From assembly GCF_004010195.1 (NCBI RefSeq), contig NC_057719.1, positions 86,994,274 to 87,058,273 of the forward strand: a stretch of 64,000 bases of DNA. Reading direction: 5' to 3'. Origin of the DNA: Chiloscyllium plagiosum (lineage: Eukaryota). The translations under genes were made by a program, and so were the position numbers. Positions 22,971 to 35,612 of this stretch are shown here, piece after piece (position 1 is the first letter of the stretch; each line of letters begins with the position of its first letter). The notes beneath the pieces are model-generated. The model had not been told where the DNA came from and did no database searches. It saw only the letters and a list, made by a program, of their open reading frames with translations.

Positions 22971-24615
22971 AAAAGGGACAAATTGGGTTAAGGAGAATTT
23001 AAAGCATTTTTTACAAATACATGAAGGACAAAAGGGGTAAGTAGGGAGTCAATAGTGCCCTTCAAAGATCAGCAAGGTGGCCTTTGTGTGAAGCCGCAGG
23101 AGATGGGGCAGATACTAAATGAGTATTTTGCATCGGTGTTTCATGTGGAGAAGGATATGGAAGGTGTAGAATGTGGGGAAATAGATGGTGACGTCTTGAA
23201 AAATGTCCTTATTACAGAGGAGGAAGTGCTGGATGTCTTCAAACGTATAAGGGTGGATAAATCCCCAGGATCTGATCAGGTGTATCCTAAATTCTGTGGG
23301 AATTGATTGCTGGACCCCTTGCTGAGATATTTGTCTAACCGATAGTCCAGGTGAGGTGCCAAAAGACTGGAGGTTGGCTAACGTAGTACCATTATTTAAA
23401 AAGGGTGGTAAGGACAAGCCAGAGAACTTTTGACCAGTGAGCCTGACATCGCTGGTGGGCAAGTTGTTGGATGGAATCCTGAGGGACAGGATGGACATGT
23501 ATTTGGAATGGCAAGGACTGATTAGGGATAGTCAGCATGGCTTTGTGCATGGGAAATCATGTCTCACAAACTTGATTGAGTTTTTTGAAGAAGCAACAAT
23601 AAGAATTGATGAGGACAGAGCGGTAGATGTGATCTATATGGACTTCGGTAAGGTGTTTGACAAGATTAGATCTCCTGGGATACAGAACTGGCTCAAAGGT
23701 AGAAGACAGAGGTTGGTGGTGGAGGGTTGTTTTTCAAACTGGAGGCCTGTGACCAGTGGAGTGCCACAAGGCTTGGTACTGGGTCCACTATCTTTCATCA
23801 TTTATATAAATGATTTGGATGTGAGCAAAAGAGGTATAGTTAGTAAGTTTAGCAGACGTCACCAAAATTGGAGGTAAAGTGGACAGCGAAGAAAGTTACC
23901 TCAGATTACAGTGGGATCTTGTGCTATAGGGAGAGGCTGAATAGACTGGGGCTGTTTTCCTTCAAGTGTTGAAGGCTGAGGGCTGACCTCAGAGCTATTT
24001 AAAACCATGAGGGGCATGGATAGGATAAATAGAGGGCAAAGTTTAGGGTGCGAGGGGACAGATATGAAAGGGACCTAAGGGGCAACTTGTTCACGCAGAG
24101 GGTGTTTTGTGTATGGAATGAGCTGCTCGAGGAAGTTGTGGAGGCTGATACAATTGCATCATTTAAAAGGTATCTGGATGGGTATATGAAAAGGAAGGGT
24201 TTAGAGGGATATGGGCCAGATGCTGGCAAATGGGAATAGATTAATTTGGCTATCTGGTCGGCATGGACAAGTTGGACCGAAGGATCTGTTTCCATGATGT
24301 ACATCTCCATGACTCTATGCTGAGTATTTCCAGCAATATTTTTATTTTGGATGTTTGCTATTGTAGTATTTTGCCTTTATTAACCTGTTCAAAAGCTTTG
24401 TTTGACCAAGCATGAAAATGGAATGGATGACTAAGCACACACTTGAATCTGTAAGCAGTAACCTTTTACTTGAGAATGCATTTTTACTTGTGCTTTGACT
24501 TTAGAGGAGGTTTCTCCACAGTTGTTTCTTTTAAAAAAAAATAGTTCACTCGTGCAGGTGTTGGGGTGGAGGTTGTGAGCTGATTTTTTTTACTAACGTA
24601 TCCTATTTTTTCCAG

Positions 24616-24824
24616 CCAAATTGAAGAAAGTGAAGAAGAGGAAGAAGCGTGAGGAGGAACACTCGTCTGGAGAATCCCCACGAAGAACTGAGATGAAAAT
24701 ATTTGCCAAGTTCTCCCATGATGCTCCTCCTCTCGGTTCAAAGAAAAAGCACTTGAACTTAGAGCAGTTGAATGCACGGCGACGCAAGGTCTGGCTCAGT
24801 ATTGCCAAAAAGGAGGTTCCCAAG
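24616..24824 (+). CDS. INO80: INO80 coding exon 6 (AKLKKVKK...FAKFSHDAPP...RRRKVWLSIAKKEVPK)
   Basis: tttttccag acceptor; AAG|gtgagt; phase 1 to 0. Confidence 0.95.
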
Positions 24825-24904
24825 GTGAGTACTTAAAACTGTTCCACAGAAAGCTGATTAAACAACAAGGTTCTGGTGCTGTTCTACAGACCTATTGCAG
24901 TGGT

Positions 24905-25231
24905 GATTACTTTAGATTTCCTACAGTGTGGAAAGAGGCCATTTGGCCCCACAAGTCCATACCAACCCTCTGAAGAATAATCTATCCCGGACACATTCTC
25001 TTACATTTACCGGTGATTAATGCACCGAACGCTATGGACAATTTAGCATGGTCAATTCACTTGGCCTGCACATCTTTGGGTTGTGGGGGGAAATCGGACC
25101 ACCCGTAGGAAACCCACATGGCCAGTGAGAATGTGCCAACTCGACACAGACAGTCGCCCAAAACGGGAATCGAACCTGTGTCTCTGGCGCTGTGAGGCAG
25201 CAGTGCTAACCACTGAGCCACCATGTCATCC
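24905..25231 (-). mobile_element. V-SINE (HE1-like)
   Basis: Reverse complement of head (cagtgctaaccactgagccacc), V-domain and tail. Confidence 0.88.
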
Positions 25232-27252
25232 TAAGAAGCAGGTGGTTTCCTGCTTGTTTCCACCAGCCTACTCTTTCTGCAGCGAGACCTGGTGCTGCAC
25301 AATCAGGAAATGAGCACCTTTTCTGATAGCTGTCACTGCAGACTAGGATACTTCTGTAGTTCTGATTTTCATTGTTTGTTGAACATGGCTGGCAGAGTGG
25401 AACATGCAAGCAATTTCATTAAGCAAGCATGGAGATCATAGAATCCCTTCAGTAAAAAGCAGGCTATTAGGTCCATCAGGTCCACACTGATGCTTCACAG
25501 AGAATCTCATCCAGACTGACCCCCCTTACCCTATTTCCGTAATGCTGCATTTCCAATGGCTAACCCACGCATCCCTGGAGAAGTTGGATTGGTTGGGAGA
25601 TGTGGTATGGATTAGGGTGGAATTTAGCTTTGATTTGCAGCACATGATTGCCATTAGCTTTTACAGTGAGGTGTTGAAATAGAAACAAAGCAAACCGCTT
25701 AGACTTGAAAACAACCAAGGTGAAAATTGAGAAGGCGGAGCAGCAGCAGTCGCTTGCGTGTCCCCTCAACACACATCCCAGTTGTATAGTATGTGCAGCT
25801 ATTAAGTTGGATCCATAATATTTTTGAATTCTTCCATGTCCAGTATGCATTGGTATTTGCACTTGAAAATTTGATGTGAGCTGCTTTCTTGGAGCAGTGC
25901 CATCCCAATATCTGCTAGGGTGCTTTTGGGACAGGAATTTCAAGATTTTGACCCAGTGGTGGTGAAGGAATGATGTGGTCAGGATAGTGGGGCTTGGAGG
26001 GGAAATTGAGGGTGGCAGTATTTTTCTGGTGATGGTGGATAGGCAATGGCAGACATTTAAAGAACACATGGCTAACAGGGGAAATTAGTGATAGTATTAA
26101 ATACAAGGAAGAGGCATAAAAATTAGACAAACAAGCAACAGACCTGAGAATTGGGAACAGTTTAGATTCCAGCAAAGGGAAACAAATGCACTAATTTTAA
26201 GAGGGGGAAAATAGAATATAGAGAAGCTTGCAGGGTAAGTACAGACCAATTATAAAAGCTTCTGTGATTATGCAAAAGGTAAAAGTTAGTGAAGTTGAAT
26301 ACAAGTCCCGTACAGTCAGGATTGGGAATTTAGAATGGGAAGTGAAGAGGTAGCAAACCAATTAAATGCATACTTCAATTCTGCCTTCAAAAGGGAGGCA
26401 AATAATGTATTGAAAATGTGGGAACACTGTCTGGTGTGAAGAAGGAATTGGAAGAAATTAACATTAGTTAGGTTTTGGCATTGGGGGAACTAACATAAGG
26501 TCAGAAGTGGCAACGTTCAGCATGGTTGCCATTCCTTCACTGTTAGGTCAGAATCCTGGAGCTTCTAATCTAAAGCACTGCAGGTGTTGTAACACCAGAT
26601 GGATTGCAATAGTTCAATAAGATGGCTCACCATCACTTTCTCAAGGAAGGTTTGGGGTGGGAAATAAATGCTGGTCTTGTCAACAACGCGCTCAACCTAT
26701 GGAAGAAAACATAATTTTTCCGAGGACTCCCTTTATGGTTACATTTGAGTCCGGTGTGGAGAGAACTTTAACAACAGCTGACCAGAAATTGCAGAAATGA
26801 AACAAAGTTTGTGATAACTGCATGGAAATAATGACAAAATAAAACAAATGCCGTCTTGCAATGGTAGTGTCCCTGTCCCTAGACTAGGAGACCTGGGCTC
26901 AAGTCCCACCTGCTCCAGAGTCATGTGATAACATTTCTCAGCAGTTAATTAGAAAAATAGGTATATCCTTGACAATTTTAGTCCCTGTATGGATTCGGCA
27001 GATAAGAGGTAGAAAAAAAACAAAGCATTGAGCCTTTTTAGGGAGGAGAACACTTGATTAATTGTTCATTTGGTTTGTAAGTGTACTATGATTGTCTGAA
27101 AAGCCTCTTTGTGCTGTAACCATTGGTGAATGTCATGGAGGATGAGTTTGCAGTTGGGGATTTTTGGTCCAATTTACTCTGGTCTGATCTTGAGCAATAT
27201 GCTGTGTTCATATTTTGTACTGAGGAGTGACTGGTATGTACTTTCATTGCAG

Positions 27253-27306
27253 GTCTACAAACAAAAGTCCTCTGCTCGGAACATGATCCTCACCAACACC
27301 AAGAAG
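27253..27306 (+). CDS. INO80: INO80 coding exon 7 (VYKQKSSARNMILTNTKK)
   Basis: ttgcag acceptor; AAG|gtagg; 54 nt. Confidence 0.92.
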
Positions 27307-27497
27307 GTAGGACGAACCTGCATTGAGAGATTTCAAATTGGAGATAAATTAATGGGCTGTACAAATAAGTCAGTAGGAACAGTGGGAGCATTTCAGTGTA
27401 AATAACGATTCAATCAGCAGCCTAAATTGGGTTCAGTGCGCTGGGCTGTCTTTATGGTGTTATATTGTTAAAGGATTTTGAGATATCAAAGAGTTTT

Positions 27498-27813
27498 GGG
27501 GCGGCACAGTGGCTCTAGTTAGCACTGCTGCATCACAGCGCCAGGGACCTGGGTTCAATTCCTGCCTCTGGCAACGGTCTGTGTGGAGTTTGCACATTCT
27601 CCCCGTGTCTGCATGGGTTTCCTCCCACAGTCCAAAGATGTCAGGTTAGGTGAATTGGCCATGCTAAATTGCCCATAATGTTAGGTGTATTAGTCAGGGG
27701 TGAATGTAGGGGAATGGGTCTGGGTGGGTTGCTCTTCGGAGGGTCGGTGTGGACTTGTTGGGCCGAAGGGCCTGTTTCCACACTGTAGTGAATCTCATCT
27801 CATCTAATCTAAT
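27498..27813 (+). mobile_element. Full-length V-SINE (HE1-like)
   Basis: gggcggcacagtggctc...gggttcaattcc, V-domain, (atcta)n tail. Confidence 0.92.
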
Positions 27814-28003
27814 CAGTATTAATTTGAACTGACATGAATAGTTTCAGCTGAAGGTATTCACAGTGTTAGTTCAGCCATATTTGAATCAATTTCAGTGACT
27901 GAAGATTGAGCAGTTTGTAGTGATGCACATAGTTAATGGTGGCTCACTATATCGTGCTACAATTTGAACTATTCACATGTCTTCTATTGTTGTCTGACCC
28001 CAG

Positions 28004-28207
28004 CTGGCTCACCAGTGTATGCGAGAGGTGCGGAGGGCTGCCATCCAGGCACAGAAAAACTGTAAAGAAACACTGCCTCGAGCCCGGAGGCTAACCAAAG
28101 AGATGCTTTTATACTGGAAAAAATATGACAAAGTAGAGAAGGAACATCGAAAGCGAGCAGAAAAGGAGGCTCTGGAACAGCGAAAACTTGATGAAGAGAT
28201 GCGTGAG
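28004..28207 (+). CDS. INO80: INO80 coding exon 8, HSA/DBINO region (LAHQCMREVRRAA...EEMRE)
   Basis: cccag acceptor; GAG|gttaga; nearly identical to vertebrate INO80. Confidence 0.96.
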
Positions 28208-29824
28208 GTTAGAGAGATCTTGAACTCTTTTTTTTTAAACCGGGTGTTAGACAGTTAATGGAGCAATTGCCAGAGGACACATTTGAGATAGATAGACAGA
28301 TCCTTTGTGCAGTTTCTGGCCAGTCAGGTCAGAGATCACTGTGCTTTTAACCAATCCGACAAAAGATAAGAACCAGTAGCCTGGAACCCCCTTTCAAATA
28401 ATACTAAGGTCAGAATAGTTAAAGAAAGAAAAGATTGCATAAAACTGGCTTATATTACCTTGAATTTTTAGGGGTGGGTGGTAGTCTCATTGTATGAATT
28501 TAGTGTTTGTATGGACATAGTGAAATACTTGTTGGTCATTGAATCTCCATTTAATTAAATCTTGGCTTCAATTTTCTTGCTGTTTTTGGATCTCTTAGTG
28601 TAGTTGCTGAACAAACATTTTGTCAGTCTTTTGGAGAGCGTGTACCTACCTGAAGAATTGCTTCCTGACATGCCTGACTCCATTGCTCTAATTTCAAGGC
28701 TTTGCTTTTTATTCTGGATAATAAAAATAGTTTGTAATCCTATCAAATATGATTTGTGCATTCTAGCCTCATAATCTAATCCTTTTGAGGGCGAGTATTG
28801 TTTTGGTTAATCTGCACAACCCCTTTTCCAAGGCCAATAAAGCCTTCCTCCGATGTATTGCCCAAAATTGATACTCCACATCTGGTCTGATCTGGGATTT
28901 GTACAAGTGATTTTGTTTGCTGAAGCATGAATGTAATTTTTTATGAGCCCCTACTCTTTGTATCCCACAATCCAGTCTTTTTCAGTGCTCCAAATACAAT
29001 GGAGAATGTTTATTTGCTCCTGCTATCGAAGTGAGAAAATTACACCTTCAAAATTACAAGCCTGTCTGTTAATGTAGATTGTAAGGATGTTGTTTGTGGA
29101 TATTAGATGGAACATGGTTAATGACCAGTTAGAGTTCTGTGGATTCCCTTCAATGTTACTGACATGGTAGAACTCTTCAAATGGATTATGCTGTTGGATT
29201 GTGGCAATGTGAATCAAAGATTAGGGTGGAAGATTCAGCGTAACACTTCCAAATTCACAGTGGCACAGAGCTATGTCACATTGAGAGTTGTGAGGAAGAT
29301 AAAAGACGATTAAAGTGGATTTGAAGAGGCGAAGTTGATTGGGCAAAAGTTTGGCAGACCAAGTACAATGTCTAGAAATGTCACGTTGTCAACTTTGGAC
29401 AAGCAGTAAAGTGAGTTCCATAAATGGTGTGACACTTGGAAGTGTTGAATATCAGAGGGATTCTGGAGTCCTTGTTCATGTGTCACTGAAAGTTTACTGC
29501 AGGTATAGCAAGAAATTAAAGTAAATGCTATTGGCTTTTATTAGAGGACTTTAAGCAATTATATCAAGCCTTGGGGAGACCATACCTGGAGTGTCACATG
29601 TAGTTCAGTTACCTTGCCCAAGAAAAAAATGTACTTATCACCAACCTGTTTGTTATGATGAACAGATGAGGAAAGTGTAGATAGTCATACAGGTTACCTT
29701 CAAAAATGTTCCAAAAATTCCTCCTTTCACCTAATACTGTAACTGAGAGCTCTGGGAAGACCTCTTCTCCCCTGTTTTCTTGTCTGTCAGAAAACTTTTA
29801 AAACCTGCTTTCATTGACCCATAG

Positions 29825-30020
29825 GCAAAGAGACAGCAGCGGAAGTTGAATTTCCTAATCACGCAAACAGAGCTGTATGCACACTTCATGAGTCGGAAGC
29901 GAGCTTCTGGGAATGATGCTTTGCAGGAGGAAATATTGATGAAGCTGGATGACAGTGTGATCTTCAGACAGATTGATATTGGAGGAGGTGTGATGGTTAA
30001 TGTCAGTCAAGAAGATTACG
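29825..30020 (+). CDS. INO80: INO80 coding exon 9 (AKRQQRKLNFLITQTELYAHFM...QEDY)
   Basis: atag acceptor; G|gtaag; DBINO signature KLNFLITQTELY. Confidence 0.96.
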
Positions 30021-30257
30021 GTAAGAAAGATAGAAGTGTGTGCACTTGATTCTGAAAAGTCTGTAAGCCCATCCTCCTTTAAGACTTTTGTGTCGATGTT
30101 GACTAACACACTGCTGCTCTGTGACAATGGTGCTTTTGAGCCTTTTATTTCCACTTCGGTGGCCAAACAGAAGCTTGAGTAAACCTCACTTCCTTAACTT
30201 AAACACCTGCTTTTCCTGTTAGAACATCGAACATGTACAGACAGAACAGGCCCTTCG

Positions 30258-33200
30258 GCCCTAGATGTTGCGCCGACATAGAACAAAGAAAATTTACAGC
30301 CCAGGAACATGCCCTTTGGCCCTCCAAGCCTGAGCCGATCTAAATCTACTGTCTAAACCTGTCACCCAATTCCTAATCATCTGTATCCCTCTACTCCCCA
30401 CCTACTCATGCATCTGTCCAGACGCATCTTAAATGAATCTACCGTGCCTGCCTCTACCACCTCTGCTGCCAACGTGTTCCAGATGTCCACCACCCTCTGT
30501 GTGAAGTACTTGTATAATACTTATCTTGTATAATTTTAACATTACTTGCCAGCTCTTATACTCCATATCCCATCCAATGAAGGCAAGCATACAAATGCCT
30601 CCTTGACCACTCTGTCCACCTGTGCAGCAACCTTCAGGGTACAATGAACTGTACTCCCAGATCTCTCTGTCCATCAACTTTTCCCAAGGCTCTTCCATTC
30701 ATTGTATAATTTGCTTTAGAATTAGTCTTGCCTAAATATATCACCTCACATTTGTCTGGATTGAAATCCATCTGCCACTTTTCCCCCCAACTCTCCAGTC
30801 AATCTATATCCTCCTGTATTCTTTGACAGTCCCCTATGCTTTTTGCTACTCCACCAATCTTTGTGTCATCTGCAAACTTGCTGATCATACCAACAATGCC
30901 CTCTTCTAGATCGTTTATGTATACACAAACAACAGTGGCCCCAACTGGGTCACCTTTCTTCATTTCGAGAAATTCTGTTCAACAACTACTGTCTCCTGTT
31001 GCTCAACCAGTTCTTTATTCACCTAGCTAGAATACCCTGCGCACCATGTGACTTCACTTTCTCTGTTAGTCTACCATGGGGAACCTTCTCAAACGCCTTA
31101 CTAAAGTCCATGTATATGACATCAACAGCCCTTCCTTCATCGATCAACCTGCTCACTTCCTCGAAGATCTCTCTCAAGTTGGTAAGGCATGCTCTTCTCC
31201 CGCACAAAACCATGTTGCCTATCACTGATAAGCCCATTCTTTTCTTTATATAAATCGATCCTATCCCTCAGTACCCTCTCCAGCAACTTTCCCACCACTG
31301 ACGTCAGGCTCACTGGTCTGTAGTTACCCAGAATATCCATACAACCCTTCTTGTACAACCTTCCAGTCCTCCGGCACCTCACCTGTATTTAAGGATGCCA
31401 CAAAGTTATCTGTCAGGGCCCTAGCTTTTTTCTTTCTCGGTGCCCTCAGCAATCTCTGAAACATTCCATCCAGTCCTGGGGATTTGTCCACCTTAACCTC
31501 TAGCCTACCCAACACATCTTCCCTATTTCTGTCAACGTGATCCAGACTAATCAAGCTTCTATCTCTAATCTCAAGATTCATAATGTTCCTCTCCTCAGTG
31601 AACACTGATGCAAAATAATCATTGAGAATCTTACTCATTCGCTCAGGTTCGACACACAGCCTTCCTTCATTATCCTTTAGTGGACCAATCCTTTCTCTAG
31701 TTACTCACTTCTTAAGAATAAAATGCTTTGGGATTCTCCTTAATTCTGCTAGCTACAGCTATTTCATGACCCCTTTTAGCCCACTTGACTCCTTGTTTAA
31801 GACTTCTCCTACTCTTCCGATATTCCTCCAGGGCCCGTTCTGTTCTTAGCTGCTTCCCTTTTCCTCTTGGCTCGTCGTACAATTTTTCCTGTCATCCATG
31901 GTCCACTAATCTTGCCCTTCCTATCCTTTGCCTTCAACGGGACATGCCTATCCAGCACTATCTTTAACCTATCTTTGAAAGCCTCCCACATATCAAATGT
32001 GGACTTCCCTTCAAATAGCTGTGTCCAATCCACATTTCCAAGCTCCTGCCTAATTTTGATATAATTGGCCTTGGCCCAGTTCAGTACTCTTCCCTTGGGA
32101 CCACTCATCTTTATCTAAGAGGATTCTAAAACCGACAGAATTGTGGTCACGGCTCCCAAAGAAATCCCCCATCGCAACTTCTACCACCTGTCCTGGCTCG
32201 TTCCCCAGTACCACGCCCAATATGGTCCCTTCCCTCATCAGACTATTGACATATTGCTCTAGAAAACTGTCCTGGATGCTTCTTACAAATTCTACCCCAT
32301 CCAGACCTCTGAAACTAAGTGTACCCCAGTCAATGTTGGGAAAATTAAAATCTCCCATCACCACTACCCTATTGCCTCTACATCTTTCCATAGTCTGTTG
32401 ACCTATTTGTTCTTCTACCTCAGGCTCACAGTTGGGAGGCCTGTAATACAGCCCCAACAATGTTAACTGCAACCTTCTAATTTCTCAGCGCCACCCATAA
32501 TGCCTCACTACCCAAGACCTCCATAGTGTCTTCCTTTAGCACAGCCGTGATATCATCCCTGACCAGCAATTGAACTCTCGTCCCCCACCTTTTACTTCCC
32601 TCCCTGTCCTGTCTGAAGCGTCTATATCTTGGAACATTTTGTTGCCAATCATGCCCTTCCTTCTACCAAGTCTGTGATTGCAATAACGTCATACTCCCAG
32701 CACCAATCCAAGCCTTAACGTCTGCCTTAAACACTGTACTCCTTGCATTAAAGTAGGTGCATTTCAGGCCACCAGTTCTTTTGTGTTCATCTCCTCGCTG
32801 CCTACTTGTTTTCTCTTCTGGTTCACAGCCCCCTGCCACATTAGTTTAAAACTTCCCCAACAGCAGTAGCAAAAACTCCCCCAAGGACATTGGTTCCAGT
32901 CTGGTTCAGATGTAGACTGTCTGTTTTGGAATACTCCCACCTTCCCCAGAACTGGTCTCAATGCCCAACAAATCTAAACCCCTCCCTCCTACACCATCCC
33001 TCAAGCCACGTGTTCATCCTGCCTATTTTTTCATGTCTACCCTGGCTAGCACGTGGCACTGGTATTAATCCCGAAATCACTACCCTTTGAGGTCCTCCTC
33101 TTTAACTTCTCTCCTAGCTCTCTGAATTCTTCTTTCAGGACCTCATCTCGTTTTTTACTTATCATTGGTGCCTATATGCACCAAGACAACTGGCTGTTCA

Positions 33201-33996
33201 TCCTCCCCTTTTAAAATGCTCTGCAGCCAATCAGTGACATCCCTGACTTGGGCACCTGGGAGGCAACATACCATCCGGGAGTCCCGTTTTCGGCCACCGA
33301 ACCACCTACCTACTCCCCTTACAGTAGAATCCCTATAACTATGGCCCTACGAGTCATCTTTCCGCTCTTCTGAACAGCAGTTCCTGCCATGATCTTGACA
33401 ACTGCTGCCTTCTGCTGGTGAGCCATCTCCCCCAACAGTATCCAAAATGGTATACCTGTTTTGGAGGGAGATGACCACAGGAGACACCTGCACTGCCTTC
33501 CTACACTTTCTCTGCCTTTTCGTCACCCATTCACTGTCTCCCTCAGCAATTCTAACCTGCGGTGTGACCAGTTCACTAAACGTGCTATCCACAACCACCT
33601 CAGCATTGCAGATGCTCCAAGTGAATCCATCTGCAGCTCCAGAGCCGTCATGCAGTCAAACAAGAGCTGCAGCTGGACGCGCTTCTTGCAAGTGTAAGAG
33701 TCAGGAATGTCAACCACATTCCTAAGCTCCCACATCAAGCAAGAGGCATGTGTCTGAGGTCCATTGTAAGCTTAGCTTTATATGAACTAACTAAAACCAG
33801 ACAATGCACTTAAATATATGATAAAGAAAAAATAAAAGCCTTACCTCAGAGTCTTTTTCTTCCGATTAGAGGAGGGGGACAGGAGGGAGATGCAACATGT
33901 GTAGTATCTCTGGTTTAGCCACTGCCCAAATATATATTAAGCCCTTACCTTCCCGGCAGCCCTCGTTCAGTTCACCTTCTCTACTCGCCGCTCTGT
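30258..33996 (-). mobile_element. Near full-length CR1 (internally deleted) with ORF1 and 5' UTR
   Basis: ORF1 MWELRNVVDIPDSYTCKK; ORF2 YYRPP, MGDFNFPNIDW, YMDFSKAFEKVPH. Confidence 0.9.
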
Positions 33997-34715
33997 AAAA
34001 ATGGAACCATTCTAAAGCCTATCTATCCCACACTATTCCATTTCATCCATATGTTTATCCAGTGACCATTTAAATGCCCTGAAAGTTGGTGAGTCTTCTA
34101 CTGTTGCAAGTAGGGCATTCCACATTCCTGCTACTGAGTGAAGAAACTACTTCTGATGTCTGTCCTTTACCTATCAACCCTCAATTTAAAGCAGTTCCCT
34201 TGTGCTAACCATCACTATCTGAGGCAATAGGCTATAATTGTCTAGCCTATCAAACCCTCTTATCTTTTATGTCCCAATTAAGTCACCTCTTAACCTTCTC
34301 TCTAAATTAAGCAGCCTCAAGTCCTTCAGCTTTTCATCATAAGACCTTCCCTCCATACCAGGCAACATCCTAGTAAATCGCCTCTGAATCCTTTGCAAAG
34401 CTTCAACATCCTTCATATAATGCGACCACCAGAACTGTACGCAATACCCCAAGTGCGGCCACACCAGAATTTTGTACAGCTGCAGCTCTGAAACTCCGAA
34501 ACTCAGTCCCTCTACCACTAAAAACTAATATACCATCTGCCACTTTATCAACCCTATCAGCCTGGGTGGGAACTTTCAGGGATCTATGAACATGAACACA
34601 GAGGTCTCTCTGCTCATCTATACTGCTGAGAATCTTAGCATTAGCCCAGTACTCTCTATTCCTATTACTCCTTCCAAAGTGAATCACTTCATGCTTTTCT
34701 GCATTAAGCTTCATT

Positions 34716-35612
34716 TAGAGTCATAGAGATGAACAAGCATGGAAACAGACCCTTTGGTCCAACCCATCCATGCCAACCAGATATCCCAACCCAATCTAGT
34801 CCCACCTGCCAGAACCTGGCCCATATCCCTCCAAACCCTTCCTATTCATTTACCCATCCAGATGCCTTTTAAATGTTGCAATTGTACCAGCCTCCAACAC
34901 CTCCTCTGGCAGCTCATTCCATACATGCACCACCCTCTGTGTGAAAACGTTGCCCCTTAGGTCTCTTTTATATCTTCACCCTCTCACCCTAAAGCTATGC
35001 CTTATGATTCTGGACTCCCCCACCCCAGGGAGAAGACTTTGTCTATTTATCCTATCCATGCCCTTCATGATTTTATAAATCTCTATAAGGTCACCCCTCA
35101 ACCTCCGCTCCAGGGAAGACAGCCCCAGTCTATTCAAACTCTCTCAATAACTCAAATCCTCCCACCCTGGCAACATGCTTATAAATCTTTTCTGAACCCT
35201 TTTAAGTTTCACAACATCCTTCTAATAGGAAGGAGACCAGAATTGCACGCAATATTCCAACAGTGGCCAAACCAATGTCCTGTACAGTCGCAACATGACC
35301 TCCCAACCCCTATACTCAGTACTCTGACCAATAAAGGAAAAATACCAAACACCTTCCTGACTATCATACCTACCTGTGAGTCTGCTTTCAAGGAGCTATG
35401 AACCTGCACTCGAAGGTCTTTGTTCAGCAAATGATGAAAAGCAGTGGACCCAGCACCGATCCTTGTGGCACTCCACTGGTCACAGGCCTCCAATCTGAAA
35501 AACAACCCTCCACCACCACCCTCTGTCTTCTGTCTTTGAGCCAGTTCTGTATCCAAATGGCTAGTTCTCCCTGTATTCCATGAGAATTAACCTTGCAAAC
35601 CAGTCTCCCATG
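34716..35612 (-). mobile_element. 5'-truncated CR1 nested in the outer CR1
   Basis: Tail tagagtcatagagatg; same subfamily as 21834 and 46113. Confidence 0.87.

Larger units (their letters stand above)
22245..24319 (+). mobile_element. CR1 LINE (partial ORF2) carrying a tRNA-Ala+V-SINE insertion; itself inserted into a PLE terminal repeat
   Basis: [33 protein letters not shown]; flanks rejoin as cagacatg|ctgagtatttccagc. Confidence 0.88.
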
